A stretch of DNA of 35,853 nt from Azolla caroliniana (Eukaryota > Plantae > Polypodiophyta). Location of the stretch: positions 1 to 35,853 of the forward strand of contig JBHGNT010000312.1 in the NCBI GenBank assembly GCA_043228905.1. Direction: 5' to 3'. This document shows positions 10,291 through 25,900 of the stretch, one piece after another (the first letter of the stretch is position 1; the number at the start of each line of letters is the position of its first letter). The notes under the pieces are model-generated. The model did not search any database. It was not told where the DNA came from and worked only from the letters and a program-made list of their open reading frames with translations. Made by a program: the position numbers and the translations under genes.

Positions 10291-13200
10291 TCACTCGCTC
10301 TTCTCAACTCCTTCCTCCAGCATGCTAATTTCCTCATGTCTTTCGACGTCAGTTTCAAAATCTTGATTTTTTAATTCTATATCATAGCTAGCCTTGTTAA
10401 TTTCGATTCGCATGTTTGAACACAGAAATCTGATATCACACGAGCCAGGTATGACCATTTTAATTTACTCACTCGCTCTTCTCAACTCCCTCCTCCAGCA
10501 TGCTAATTTCCTCATGTCTTTCGACGTCAGTTTCGAAATCACGATTTTTTAAGTCTATATCATAGCTAGCCTTGTTAGTTTCGATTCGCATGTTTGAACA
10601 CAGAAATCCGATATCACACGAGCCTGGTATGACCATTTTAATTTACTCACACGCTCTTCTCAACTCCCTCCTCAAATATGCTAATTTCCTCATGTCTCTC
10701 GACCTGAGTTTCAAAATCACGATTTTTTAATTCTATATTATAGCTAGCCTTGTTAGATTCGATTCGCATGTTTGAACACAGATATCCGATATCACACGAG
10801 CCAGGTATGACCATTTTAATTTACTCACTCGCTCTTCTCAACTCCCTCCTCCAACATGCTAATTTCCTCATGTCTTTCGACGTCAGTTTCAAAATCTTGA
10901 TTTTTTAATTCTATATCATAGCTAGCCTTGTTAGTTTCGATTCGCATGTTTGAACACAGAAATCCGATATCACAGGAGCCAGGTATGACCATTTTAATTT
11001 ACTCACTCGCTCTTCTCAACTCCCTCCTCAAATATGCTAATTTCCTCATCTCTCTCGACCTGAGTTTCAAAATCTCGATTTTTTAATTCTATATCATAGC
11101 TAGCGTTCTTTATTTCGATTCGCATGTTTGAACACAGAAATCCGATATCACACGAGCCAGGTATGACCATTTTAATTTACTCACTCGCTCTTCTCAACTC
11201 CCTCCTCAAATATGTTAATTTACTCATGTCTCTCGACCTGAGTTTCAAACTCACGATTTTTTAATTCTATATCATAGCTAGCCTTGTTAGCTTCGATTCG
11301 CACGTTTGAACACAAAAATCCGATATCACACGAGCCAGGTATGACCATTTTTATTTACTCACTCGCTCTTCTCAACTACCTCCTCAAATATGCTAATTTC
11401 TTCATGTCTCTCGACCTGAGTTTCAAAATCTCGATTTTTTAATTCTATATGATAGCTAGCCTTGTTAGCTTCGATTTGCATGTTTGAACACAGCAATCCG
11501 ATATCACACGAGCCAGGTATGACCATTTTAATTTACTCACTCGCTCTTCTCAACTCCCTCCTCAAATATGCTAATTTCCTCATGTCTCTCGACCTGAGTT
11601 TCAAAATCACGATTTTTTAATTCTATATCATAGCTAGCCTTGTTAGTTTCGATTCGCATGTTTGAACACAGAAATCCGATATCACACGAGCCAGGTATGA
11701 CCATTTTAATTTACTCACTAGCTCTTCTCAACTCCCTCCTCCAGCATGCTAATTTCCTCATGTCTTTCGACGTCAGTTTCGAAATCACGATTTTTTAAGT
11801 CTATATCATAGCTAGCCTTGTTAGCTTCGATTCGCATGTTTGAACACAGAAATCCGATATCACACGAGCCAGGTATGACCATTTTAATTTACTCACACGC
11901 TCTTCTCAACTCCCTCCTCCAACATGCTAATTTCCTCATGTCTTTCGACCTGAGTTTCAAAATCTTGATTTTTTAATTCTATATCATAGCTAGCCTTGTT
12001 AGCTTCGATTCGCATGTTTGAACACAGAAATCCGATATCACACGAGCCAGGTATGACCATTTTAATTTACTCACTCGCTCTTCTCAACTCCCTCCTCAAA
12101 TATGCTAATTTCCTCATGTCTCTCGACCTGAGTTTCAAAATCACGATTTTTTAATTCTATATCATAGCTAGCCTTGTTAGTTTCGATTCGCATGTTTGAA
12201 CACAGAAATCCGATATCACACGAGCCAGGTATGACCATTTTAATTTACTCACTCGCTCTTCTCAACTCCCTCCTCCAGCATGCTAATTTCCTCATGTCTT
12301 TCGACGTCAGTTTCGAAATCACGATTTTTTAATTCTATATCATAGCTAGCCTTGTTAGCTTCGATTTGCATGTTTGAAAACAAAAATCCGATATCACACG
12401 AGCTAGGTATGACCATTTTAATTTACTCACTAGCTCTTCTCAACTCCCTCCTCAAATATGTTAATTTCCTCATGTCTCTCGACCTTAGTTTCAAAATCTC
12501 GATTTTTTAATTCTATATCATAGCTAGCCTTGTTAGCTTCGATTCGCATGTTTGAACACAGAAATCCGATATCACACGAGCCAGGTATGACCATTTTAAT
12601 TTACTCACACGCTCTTCTCAACTCCCTCCTCAAATATGCTAATTTCTTCATGTCTCTCGACCTGAGTTTCAAAATCTTGATTTTTTAATTCTATATCATA
12701 GCTAGCCTTGTTAGCTTCGATTCGCATGTTTGAACACAGAAATCCGATATCACACGAGCCAGGTATGACCATTTTAATTTACTCACTCGCTCTTCTCAAC
12801 TCCCTCCTCAAATATGCTAATTTCCTCATGTCTCTCGACCTGAGTTTCAAAATCACGATTTTTTAATTCTATATCATAGCTAGCCTTGTTAGTTTCGATT
12901 CGCATGTTTGAACACAGAAATCCGATATCACACGAGCCAGGTATGACCATTTTAATTTACTCACACGCTCTTCTCAACTCCCTCCTCAAATATGCTAATT
13001 TCTTCATGTCTCTCGACCTGAGTTTCAAAATCTTGATTTTTTAATTCTATATCATAGCTAGCCTTGTTAGCTTCGATTCGCATGTTTGAACACAGAAATC
13101 CGATATCACACGAGCCAGGTATGACCATTTTAATTTACTCACTCGCTCTTCTCAACTCCCTCCTCAAATATGCTAATTTCCTCATGTCTCTCGACCTGAG

Positions 13201-16200
13201 TTTCAAAATCACGATTTTTTAATTCTATATCATAGCTAGCCTTGTTAGTTTCGATTCGCATGTTTGAACACAGAAATCCGATATCACACGAGCCAGGTAT
13301 GACCATTTTAATTTACTCACTCGCTCTTCTCAACTCCCTCCTCCAGCATGCTAATTTCCTCATGTCTTTCGACGTCAGTTTCGAAATCACGATTTTTTAA
13401 TTCTATATCATAGCTAGCCTTGTTAGCTTCGATTTGCATGTTTGAAAACAAAAATCCGATATCACACGAGCCAGGTATGACCATTTTAATTTACTCACTA
13501 GCTCTTCTCAACTCCCTCCTCAAATATGTTAATTTCCTCATGTCTCTCGACCTTAGTTTCAAAATCTCGATTTTTTAATTCTATATCATAGCTAGCCTTG
13601 TTAGCTTCGATTCGCATGTTTGAACACAGAAATCCGATATCACACGAGCCAGGTATGACCATTTTAATTTACTCACACGCTCTTCTCAACTCCCTCCTCA
13701 AATATGCTAATTTCTTCATGTCTCTCGACCTGAGTTTCAAAATCTCGATTTTTTAATTCTATATCATAGCTAGCCTTGTTAGTTTCGATTCGCATGTTTG
13801 AACACAGAAATCCGATATCACACGAGCCAGGTATGACCATTTTAATTTACTCACTCGATCTTCTCAACTCCCTCCTCCAACATGCTAATTTCCTCATGTC
13901 TTTCGACGTCAGTTTCAAAATCTTGATTTTTTAATTCTATATCATAGCTAGCCTTGTTAGCTTTGATTCGCATGTTTGAACACAGAAATCCGATATCACA
14001 CAAGCCAGGTATGACCATTTTAATTTACTCACTCGCTCTTCTCAACTCCCTCCTCAAATATGCTAATTTCCTCATGTCTCTCGACCTGAGTTTCAAAATC
14101 ACGATTTTTTAATTCTATATCATAGCTAGCCTTGTTAGTTTCGATTCGCATGTTTGAACACAGAAATCCGATATCACACGAGCCAGGTATGACCATTTTA
14201 ATTTACTCACTCGCTCTTCTCAACTCCCTCCTCCAGCATGCTAATTTCCTCATGTCTTTCGACGTCAGTTTCGAAATCACGATTTTTTAATTCTATATCA
14301 TAGCTAGCCTTGTTAGCTTCGATTTGCATGTTTGAAAACAAAAATCCGATATCACACGAGCCAGGTATGACCATTTTAATTTACTCACTAGCTCTTCTCA
14401 ACTCCCTCCTCAAATATGTTAATTTCCTCATGTCTCTCGACCTTAGTTTCAAAATCTCGATTTTTTAATTCTATATCATAGCTAGCCTTGTTAGCTTCGA
14501 TTCGCATGTTTGAACACAGAAATCCGATATCACACGAGCCAGGTATGACCATTTTAATTTACTCACACGCTCTTCTCAACTCCCTCCTCAAATATGCTAA
14601 TTTCTTCATGTCTCTCGACCTGAGTTTCAAAATCTTGATTTTTTAATTCTATATCATAGCTAGCCTTGTTAGCTTCGATTCGCATGTTTGAACACAGAAA
14701 TCCGATATCACACGAGCCAGGTATGACCATTTTAATTTACTCACTCGCTCTTCTCAACTCCCTCCTCAAATATGCTAATTTCCTCATGTCTCTCGACCTG
14801 AGTTTCAAAATCACGATTTTTTAATTCTATATCATAGCTAGCCTTGTTAGTTTCGATTCGCATGTTTGAACACAGAAATCCGATATCACACGAGCCAGGT
14901 ATGACCATTTTAATTTACTCACTCGCTCTTCTCAACTCCCTCCTCCAGCATGCTAATTTCCTCATGTCTTTCGACGTCAGTTTCGAAATCACGATTTTTT
15001 AATTCTATATCATAGCTAGCCTTGTTAGCTTCGATTTGCATGTTTGAAAACAAAAATCCGATATCACACGAGCCAGGTATGACCATTTTAATTTACTCAC
15101 TAGCTCTTCTCAACTCCCTCCTCAAATATGTTAATTTCCTCATGTCTCTCGACCTTAGTTTCAAAATCTCGATTTTTTAATTCTATATCATAGCTAGCCT
15201 TGTTAGCTTCGATTCGCATGTTTGAACACAGAAATCCGATATCACACGAGCCAGGTATGACCATTTTAATTTACTCACACGCTCTTCTCAACTCCCTCCT
15301 CAAATATGCTAATTTCTTCATGTCTCTCGACCTGAGTTTCAAAATCTCGATTTTTTAATTCTATATCATAGCTAGCCTTGTTAGTTTCGATTCGCATGTT
15401 TGAACACAGAAATCCGATATCACACGAGCCAGGTATGACCATTTTAATTTACTCACTCGCTCTTCTCAACTCCCTCCTCCAACATGCTAATTTCCTCATG
15501 TCTTTCGACGTCAGTTTCAAAATCTTGATTTTTTAATTCTATATCATAGCTAGCCTTGTTAGCTTCGATTCGCATGTTTGAACACAGAAATCCGATATCA
15601 CACGAGCCAGGTATGACCATTTTAATTTACTCACTCGCTCTTCTCAACTCCCTCCTCAAATATGCTAATTTCCTCATGTCTCTCGACCTGAGTTTCAAAA
15701 TCACGATTTTTTAATTCTATATCATAGCTAGCCTTGTTAGTTTCGATTCGCATGTTTGAACACAGAAATCCGATATCACACGAGCCAGGTATGACCATTT
15801 TAATTTACTCACTCGCTCTTCTCAACTCCCTCCTCCAGCATGCTAATTTCCTCATGTCTTTCGACGTCAGTTTCGAAATCACGATTTTTTAATTCTATAT
15901 CATAGCTAGCCTTGTTAGCTTCGATTTGCATGTTTGAAAACAAAAATCCGATATCACACGAGCCAGGTATGACCATTTTAATTTACTCACGAGCTCTTCT
16001 CAACTCCCTCCTCAAATATGTTAATTTCCTCATGTCTCTCGACCTTAGTTTCAAAATCTCGATTTTTTAATTCTATATCATAGCTAGCCTTGTTAGCTTC
16101 GATTCGCATGTTTGAACACAGAAATCCGATATCACACGAGCCAGGTATGACCATTTTCATTTACTCACTAGCTCTTCTCAACTCCCTCCTCAAATATGCT

Positions 16201-17200
16201 AATTTCTTCATGTCTCTCGACCTGAGTTTCAAAATCTTGATTTTTTAATTCTATATCATAGCTAGCCTTGTTAGTTTCGATTCGCATGTTTGAACACAGA
16301 AATCCGATATCACACGAGCCAGGTATGACCATTTTAATTTACTCACACGCTCTTCTCAACTCCCTCCTCAAATATGCTAATTTCTTCATGTCTCTCGACC
16401 TGAGTTTCAAAATCTCGATTTTTTAATTCTATATCATAGCTAGCCTTGTTAGTTTCGATTCGCATGTTTGAACACAGAAATCCGATATCACACGAGCCAG
16501 GTATGACCATTTTAATTTACTCACTCGCTCTTCTCAACTCCCTCCTCCAACATGCTAATTTCCTCATGTCTTTCGACGTCAGTTTCAAAATCTTGATTTT
16601 TTAATTCTATATCATAGCTAGCCTTGTTAGTTTCGATTCGCATGTTTGAACACAGAAATCCGATATCACACGAGCCAGGTATGACCATTTTAATTTACTC
16701 ACTCGCTCTTCTCAACTCCCTCCTCAAATATGCTAATTTCCGCATGTCTCTCGATCTGAGTTTCAAAATCTCGATTTTTTAATTCTATATCATACCTAGC
16801 GTTGTTAGCTTCGATTCGCATGTTTGAACACAAAAATCCGATATCACACGAGCCAGGTATGACCATTTTAATTTACTCACTCGCTCTTCTCAACTCCTTC
16901 CTCCAGCATGCTAATTTCCTCATGTCTTTCGACGTCAGTTTCAAAATCTTGATTTTTTAATTCTATATCATAGCTAGCCTTGTTAATTTCGATTCGCATG
17001 TTTGAACACAGAAATCTGATATCACACGAGCCAGGTATGACCATTTTAATTTACTCACTCGCTCTTCTCAACTCCCTCCTCCAGCATGCTAATTTCCTCA
17101 TGTCTTTCGACGTCAGTTTCGAAATCACGATTTTTTAATTCTATATCATAGCTAGCCTTGTTAGTTTCGATTCGCATGTTTGAACACAGAAATCCGATAT
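10150..17200 (+). repeat. Distal copy of a ~6-7 kb satellite block whose second copy is at about 27770-33750
   Basis: Offset 17622 bp (99 monomers) for markers 10156/27778, 10975/28597, 11352/28974, 11451/29073. Offset 16554 bp (93 monomers) for 13448/30002, 13858/30412, 14338/30892, 15050/31604, 15940/32494, 16742/33296. Confidence 0.8.
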
Positions 17201-19989
17201 CACACGAGCCTGGTATGACCATTTTAATTTACTCACACGCTCTTCTCAACTCCCTCCTCAAATATGCTAATTTCCTCATGTCTCTCGACCTGAGTTTCAA
17301 AATCACGATTTTTTAATTCTATATTATAGCTAGCCTTGTTAGATTCGATTCGCATGTTTGAACACAGATATCCGATATCACACGAGCCAGGTATGACCAT
17401 TTTAATTTACTCACTCGCTCTTCTCAACTCCCTCCTCCAACATGCTAATTTCCTCATGTCTTTCGACGTCAGTTTCAAAATCTTGATTTTTTAATTCTAT
17501 ATCATAGCTAGCCTTGTTAGTTTCGATTCGCATGTTTGAACACAGAAATCCGATATCACAGGAGCCAGGTATGACCATTTTAATTTACTCACTCGCTCTT
17601 CTCAACTCCCTCCTCAAATATGCTAATTTCCTCATCTCTCTCGACCTGAGTTTCAAAATCTCGATTTCTTAATTCTATATCATAGCTAGCGTTCTTAATT
17701 TCGATTCGCATGTTTGAACACAGAAATCCGATATCACACGAGCCAGGTATGACCATTTTAATTTACTCACTCGCTCTTCTCAAGTCCCTCCTCAAATATG
17801 TTAATTTCCTCATGTCTCTCGACCTGAGTTTCAAACTCACGATTTTTTAATTCTATATCATAGCTAGCCTTGTTAGCTTCGATTCGCATGTTTGAACACA
17901 AAAATCCGATATCACACGAGCCAGGTATGACCATTTTAATTTACTCACTCGCTCTTCTCAACTACCTCCTCAAATATGCTAATTTCTTCATGTCTCTCGA
18001 CCTGAGTTTCAAAATCTCGATTTTTTAATTCTATATCATAGCTAGCCTTGTTAGCTTCGATTTGCATGTTTGAACACAGCAATCCGATATCACACGAGCC
18101 AGGTATGACCATTTTAATTTACTCACTCGCTCTTCTCAACTCCCTCCTCAAATATGCTAATTTCCTCATGTCGCACGACCTGAGTTTCAAAATCACGATT
18201 TTTTAATTCTATATCATAGCTAGCCTTGTTAGTTTCGATTCGCATGTTTGAACACAGAAATCCGATATCACACGAGCCAGGTATGACCATTTTAATTTAC
18301 TCACTAGCTCTTCTCAACTCCCTCCTCCAGCCTGCTAATTTCCTCATGTCTTTCGACGTCAGTTTCGAAATCACGATTTTTTAAGTCTATATCATAGCTA
18401 GCCTTGTTAGCTTCGATTCGCATGTTTGAACACAGAAATCCGATATCACACGAGCCAGGTATGACCATTTTAATTTACTCACTAGCTCTTCTCAACTCCC
18501 TCCTCAAATATGCTAATTTCTTCATGTCTCTCGACCTGAGTTTCAAAATCTTGATTTTTTAATTCTATATCATAGCTAGCCTTGTTAGCTTCGATTCGCA
18601 TGTTTGAACACAGAAATCCGATATCACACGAGCCAGGTATGACCATTTTAATTTACTCACTCGCTCTTCTCAACTCCCTCCTCAAATATGCTAATTTCCT
18701 CATGTCTCTCGACCTGAGTTTCAAAATCACGATTTTTTAATTCTATATCATAGCTAGCCTTGTTAGTTTCGATTCGCATGTTTGAACACAGAAATCCGAT
18801 ATCACACGAGCCAGGTATGACCATTTTAATTTACTCACTCGCTCTTCTCAACTCCCTCCTCCAGCATGCTAATTTCCTCATGTCTTTCGACGTCAGTTTC
18901 GAAATCACGATTTTTTAATTCTATATCATAGCTAGCCTTGTTAGCTTCGATTTGCATGTTTGAAAACAAAAATCCGATATCACACGAGCCAGGTATGACC
19001 ATTTTAATTTACTCACTAGCTCTTCTCAACTCCCTCCTCAAATATGTAAATTTCCTCATGTCTCTCGACCTTAGTTTCAAAATCTCGATTTTTTAATTCT
19101 ATATCATAGCTAGCCTTGTTAGCTTCGATTCGCATGTTTGAACACAGAAATCCGATATCACACGAGCCAGGTATGACCATTTTAATTTACTCACTCGCTC
19201 TTCTCAACTCCTTCCTCCAGCATGCTAATTTCCTCATGTCTTTCGACGTCAGTTTCAAAATCTTGATTTTTTAATTCTATATCATAGCTAGCCTTGTTAA
19301 TTTCGATTCGCATGTTTGAACACAGAAATCTGATATCACACGAGCCAGGTATGACCATTTTAATTTACTCACTCGCTCTTCTCAACTCCCTCCTCCAGCA
19401 TGCTAATTTCCTCATGTCTCTCGACCTGAGTTTCAAAATCACGATTTTTTAATTCTATATCATAGCTAGCCTTGTTAGTTTCGATTCGCATGTCTGAACA
19501 CAGAAATCCGATATCACACGAGCCAGGTATGACCATTTTAATTTACTCACTCGCTCTTCTCAACTCCCTCCTCCAGCATGCTAATTTCCTCATGTCTTTC
19601 GACGTCAGTTTCGAAATCACGATTTTTTAATTCTATATCATAGCTAGCCTTGTTAGCTTCGATTTGCATGTTTGAAAACAAAAATCCGATATCACACGAG
19701 CCTGGTATGACCATTTTAATTTACTCACACGCTCTTCTCAACTCCCTCCTCAAATATGCTAATTTCCTCATGTCTCTCGACCTGAGTTTCAAAATCACGA
19801 TTTTTTAATTCTATATTATAGCTAGCCTTGTTAGATTCGATTCGCATGTTTGAACACAGATATCCGATATCACACGAGCCAGGTATGACCATTTTAATTT
19901 ACTCACTCGCTCTTCTCAACTCCCTCCTCCAACATGCTAATTTCCTCATGTCTTTCGACGTCAGTTTCAAAATCTTGATTTTTTAATTC

Positions 19990-22900
19990 TATATCATAGC
20001 TAGCCTTGTTAGTTTCGATTCGCATGTTTGAACACAGAAATCCGATATCACAGGAGCCAGGTATGACCATTTTAATTTACTCACTCGCTCTTCTCAACTC
20101 CCTCCTCAAATATGCTAATTTCCTCATCTCTCTCGACCTGAGTTTCAAAATCTCGATTTCTTAATTCTATATCATAGCTAGCGTTCTTAATTTCGATTCG
20201 CATGTTTGAACACAGAAATCCGATATCACACGAGCCAGGTATGACCATTTTAATTTACTCACTCGCTCTTCTCAAGTCCCTCCTCAAATATGTTAATTTC
20301 CTTATGTCTCTCGACCTGAGTTTCAAACTCACGATTTTTTAATTCTATATCATAGCTAGCCTTGTTAGCTTCGATTCGCATGTTTGAACACAAAAATCCG
20401 ATATCACACGAGCCAGGTATGACCATTTTAATTTACTCACTCGCTCTTCTCAACTACCTCCTCAAATATGCTAATTTCTTCATGTCTCTCGACCTGAGTT
20501 TCAAAATCTCGATTTTTTAATTCTATATCATAGCTAGCCTTGTTAGCTTCGATTTGCATGTTTGAACACAGCAATCCGATATCACACGAGCCAGGTATGA
20601 CCATTTTAATTTACTCACTCGCTCTTCTCAACTCCTTCCTCCAGCATGCTAATTTCCTCATGTCTTTCGACGTCAGTTTCAAAATCTTGATTTTTTAATT
20701 CTATATCATAGCTAGCCTTGTTAATTTCGATTCGCATGTTTGAACACAGAAATCTGATATCACACGAGCCAGGTATGACCATTTTAATTTACTCACTCGC
20801 TCTTCTCAACTCCCTCCTCCAGCATGCTAATTTCCTCATGTCTTTCGACGTCAGTTTCGAAATCACGATTTTTTAAGTCTATATCATAGCTAGCCTTGTT
20901 AGTTTCGATTCGCATGTTTGAACACAGAAATCCGATATCACACGAGCCTGGTATGACCATTTTAATTTACTCACACGCTCTTCTCAACTCCCTCCTCAAA
21001 TATGCTAATTTCCTCATGTCTCTCGACCTGAGTTTCAAAATCACGATTTTTTAATTCTATATTATAGCTAGCCTTGTTAGATTCGATTCGCATGTTTGAA
21101 CACAGATATCCGATATCACACGAGCCAGGTATGACCATTTTAATTTACTCACTCGCTCTTCTCAACTCCCTCCTCCAACATGCTAATTTCCTCATGTCTT
21201 TCGACGTCAGTTTCAAAATCTTGATTTTTTAATTCTATATCATAGCTAGCCTTGTTAGTTTCGATTCGCATGTTTGAACACAGAAATCCGATATCACAGG
21301 AGCCAGGTATGACCATTTTAATTTACTCACTCGCTCTTCTCAACTCCCTCCTCAAATATGCTAATTTCCTCATCTCTCTCGACCTGAGTTTCAAAATCTC
21401 GATTTCTTAATTCTATATCATAGCTAGCGTTCTTAATTTCGATTCGCATGTTTGAACACAGAAATCCGATATCACACGAGCCAGGTATGACCATTTTAAT
21501 TTACTCACTCGCTCTTCTCAAGTCCCTCCTCAAATATGTTAATTTCCTCATGTCTCTCGACCTGAGTTTCAAACTCACGATTTTTTAATTCTATATCATA
21601 GCTAGCCTTGTTAGCTTCGATTCGCATGTTTGAACACAAAAATCCGATATCACACGAGCCAGGTATGACCATTTTAATTTACTCACTCGCTCTTCTCAAC
21701 TACCTCCTCAAATATGCTAATTTCTTCATGTCTCTCGACCTGAGTTTCAAAATCTCGATTTTTTAATTCTATATCATAGCTAGCCTTGTTAGCTTCGATT
21801 TGCATGTTTGAACACAGCAATCCGATATCACACGAGCCAGGTATGACCATTTTAATTTACTCACTCGCTCTTCTCAACTCCCTCCTCAAATATGCTAATT
21901 TCCTCATGTCTCTCGACCTGAGTTTCAAAATCACGATTTTTTAATTCTATATCATAGCTAGCCTTGTTAGTTTCGATTCGCATGTTTGAACACAGAAATC
22001 CGATATCACACGAGCCAGGTATGACCATTTTAATTTACTCACTAGCTCTTCTCAACTCCCTCCTCCAGCATGCTAATTTCCTCATGTCTTTCGACGTCAG
22101 TTTCGAAATCACGATTTTTTAAGTCTATATCATAGCTAGCCTTGTTAGCTTCGATTCGCATGTTTGAACACAGAAATCCGATATCACACGAGCCAGGTAT
22201 GACCATTTTAATTTACTCACACGCTCTTCTCAACTCCCTCCTCAAATATGCTAATTTCTTCATGTCTCTCGACCTGAGTTTCAAAATCTTGATTTTTTAA
22301 TTCTATATCATAGCTAGCCTTGTTAGCTTCGATTCGCATGTTTGAACACAGAAATCCGATATCACACGAGCCAGGTATGACCATTTTAATTTACTCACTC
22401 GCTCTTCTCAACTCCCTCCTCAAATATGCTAATTTCCTCATGTCTCTCGACCTGAGTTTCAAAATCACGATTTTTTAATTCTATATCATAGCTAGCCTTG
22501 TTAGTTTCGATTCGCATGTTTGAACACAGAAATCCGATATCACACGAGCCAGGTATGACCATTTTAATTTACTCACTCGCTCTTCTCAACTCCCTCCTCC
22601 AGCATGCTAATTTCCTCATGTCTTTCGACGTCAGTTTCGAAATCACGATTTTTTAATTCTATATCATAGCTAGCCTTGTTAGCTTCGATTTGCATGTTTG
22701 AAAACAAAAATCCGATATCACACGAGCCAGGTATGACCATTTTAATTTACTCACTAGCTCTTCTCAACTCCCTCCTCAAATATGTTAATTTCCTCATGTC
22801 TCTCGACCTTAGTTTCAAAATCTCGATTTTTTAATTCTATATCATAGCTAGCCTTGTTAGCTTCGATTCGCATGTTTGAACACAGAAATCCGATATCACA

Positions 22901-25900
22901 CGAGCCAGGTATGACCATTTTAATTTACTCACACGCTCTTCTCAACTCCCTCCTCAAATATGCTAATTTCTTCATGTCTCTCGACCTGAGTTTCAAAATC
23001 TCGATTTTTTAATTCTATATCATAGCTAGCCTTGTTAGTTTCGATTCGCATGTTTGAACACAGAAATCCGATATCACACGAGCCAGGTATGACCATTTTA
23101 ATTTACTCACTCGCTCTTCTCAACTCCCTCCTCCAACATGCTAATTTCCTCATGTCTTTCGACGTCAGTTTCAAAATCTTGATTTTTTAATTCTATATCA
23201 TAGCTAGCCTTGTTAGCTTCGATTCACATGTTTGAACACAGAAATCCGATATCACACGAGCCAGGTATGACTATTTTAATTTACTCACACGCTCTTCTCA
23301 ACTCCCTCCTCAAATATGCTAATTTCTTCATGTCTCTCGACCTGAGTTTCAAAATCTCGATTTTTTAATTCTATATCATAGCTAGCCTTGTTAGCTTCGA
23401 TTTGCATGTTTGAACACAGAAATCCGATATCACACGAGCCAGGTATGACCATTTTAATTTACTCACTCGCTCTTCTCAACTCCCTCCTCAAATATGCTAA
23501 TTTCCGCATGTCTCTCGATCTGAGTTTCAAAATCTCGATTTTTTAATTCTATATCATACCTAGCGTTGTTAGCTTCGATTCGCATGTTTGAACACAAAAA
23601 TCCGATATCACACGAGCCAGGTATGACCATTTTAATTTACTCACTCGCTCTTCTCAACTCCTTCCTCCAGCATGCTAATTTCCTCATGTCTTTCGACGTC
23701 AGTTTCAAAATCTTGATTTTTTAATTCTATATCATAGCTAGCCTTGTTAATTTCGATTCGCATGTTTGAACACAGAAATCTGATATCACACGAGCCAGGT
23801 ATGACCATTTTAATTTACTCACTCGCTCTTCTCAACTCCCTCCTCCAGCATGCTAATTTCCTCATGTCTTTCGACGTCAGTTTCGAAATCACGATTTTTT
23901 AAGTCTATATCATAGCTAGCCTTGTTAGTTTCGATTCGCATGTTTGAACACAGAAATCCGATATCACACGAGCCTGGTATGACCATTTTAATTTACTCAC
24001 ACGCTCTTCTCAACTCCCTCCTCAAATATGCTAATTTCCTCATGTCTCTCGACCTGAGTTTCAAAATCACGATTTTTTAATTCTATATTATAGCTAGCCT
24101 TGTTAGATTCGATTCGCATGTTTGAACACAGATATCCGATATCACACGAGCCAGGTATGACCATTTTAATTTACTCACTCGCTCTTCTCAACTCCCTCCT
24201 CCAACATGCTAATTTCCTCATGTCTTTCGACGTCAGTTTCAAAATCTTGATTCTTTAATTCTATATCATAGCTAGCCTTGTTAGTTTCGATTCGCATGTT
24301 TGAACACAGAAATCCGATATCACAGGAGCCAGGTATGACCATTTTAATTTACTCACTCGCTCTTCTCAACTCCCTCCTCAAATATGCTAATTTCCTCATC
24401 TCTCTCGACCTGAGTTTCAAAATCTCGATTTCTTAATTCTATATCATAGCTAGCGTTCTTAATTTCGATTCGCATGTTTGAACACAGAAATCCGATATCA
24501 CACGAGCCAGGTATGACCATTTTAATTTACTCACTCGCTCTTCTCAAGTCCCTCCTCAAATATGTTAATTTCCTTATGTCTCTCGACCTGAGTTTCAAAC
24601 TCACGATTTTTTAATTCTATATCATAGCTAGCCTTGTTAGCTTCGATTCGCATGTTTGAACACAAAAATCCGATATCACACGAGCCAGGTATGACCATTT
24701 TAATTTACTCACTCGCTCTTCTCAACTACCTCCTCAAATATGCTAATTTCTTCATGTCTCTCGACCTGAGTTTCAAAATCTCGATTTTTTAATTCTATAT
24801 CATAGCTAGCCTTGTTAGCTTCGATTTGCATGTTTGAACACAGCAATCCGATATCACACGAGCCAGGTATGACCATTTTAATTTACTCACTCGCTCTTCT
24901 CAACTCCTTCCTCCAGCATGCTAATTTCCTCATGTCTTTCGACGTCAGTTTCAAAATCTTGATTTTTTAATTCTATATCATAGCTAGCCTTGTTAATTTC
25001 GATTCGCATGTTTGAACACAGAAATCTGATATCACACGAGCCAGGTATGACCATTTTAATTTACTCACTCGCTCTTCTCAACTCCCTCCTCCAGCATGCT
25101 AATTTCCTCATGTCTTTCGACGTCAGTTTCGAAATCACGATTTTTTAAGTCTATATCATAGCTAGCCTTGTTAGTTTCGATTCGCATGTTTGAACACAGA
25201 AATCCGATATCACACGAGCCTGGTATGACCATTTTAATTTACTCACACGCTCTTCTCAACTCCCTCCTCAAATATGCTAATTTCCTCATGTCTCTCGACC
25301 TGAGTTTCAAAATCACGATTTTTTAATTCTATATTATAGCTAGCCTTGTTAGATTCGATTCGCATGTTTGAACACAGATATCCGATATCACACGACCCAG
25401 GTATGACCATTTTAATTTACTCACTCGCTCTTCTCAACTCCCTCCTCCAACATGCTAATTTCCTCATGTCTTTCGACGTCAGTTTCAAAATCTTGATTTT
25501 TTAATTCTATATCATAGCTAGCCTTGTTAGTTTCGATTCGCATGTTTGAACACAGAAATCCGATATCACAGGAGCCAGGTATGACCATTTTAATTTACTC
25601 ACTCGCTCTTCTCAACTCCCTCCTCAAATATGCTAATTTCCTCATCTCTCTCGACCTGAGTTTCAAAATCTCGATTTCTTAATTCTATATCATAGCTAGC
25701 GTTCTTAATTTCGATTCGCATGTTTGAACACAGAAATCCGATATCACACGAGCCAGGTATGACCATTTTAATTTACTCACTCGCTCTTCTCAAGTCCCTC
25801 CTCAAATATGTTAATTTCCTCATGTCTCTCGACCTGAGTTTCAAACTCACGATTTTTTAATTCTATATCATAGCTAGCCTTGTTAGCTTCGATTCGCATG

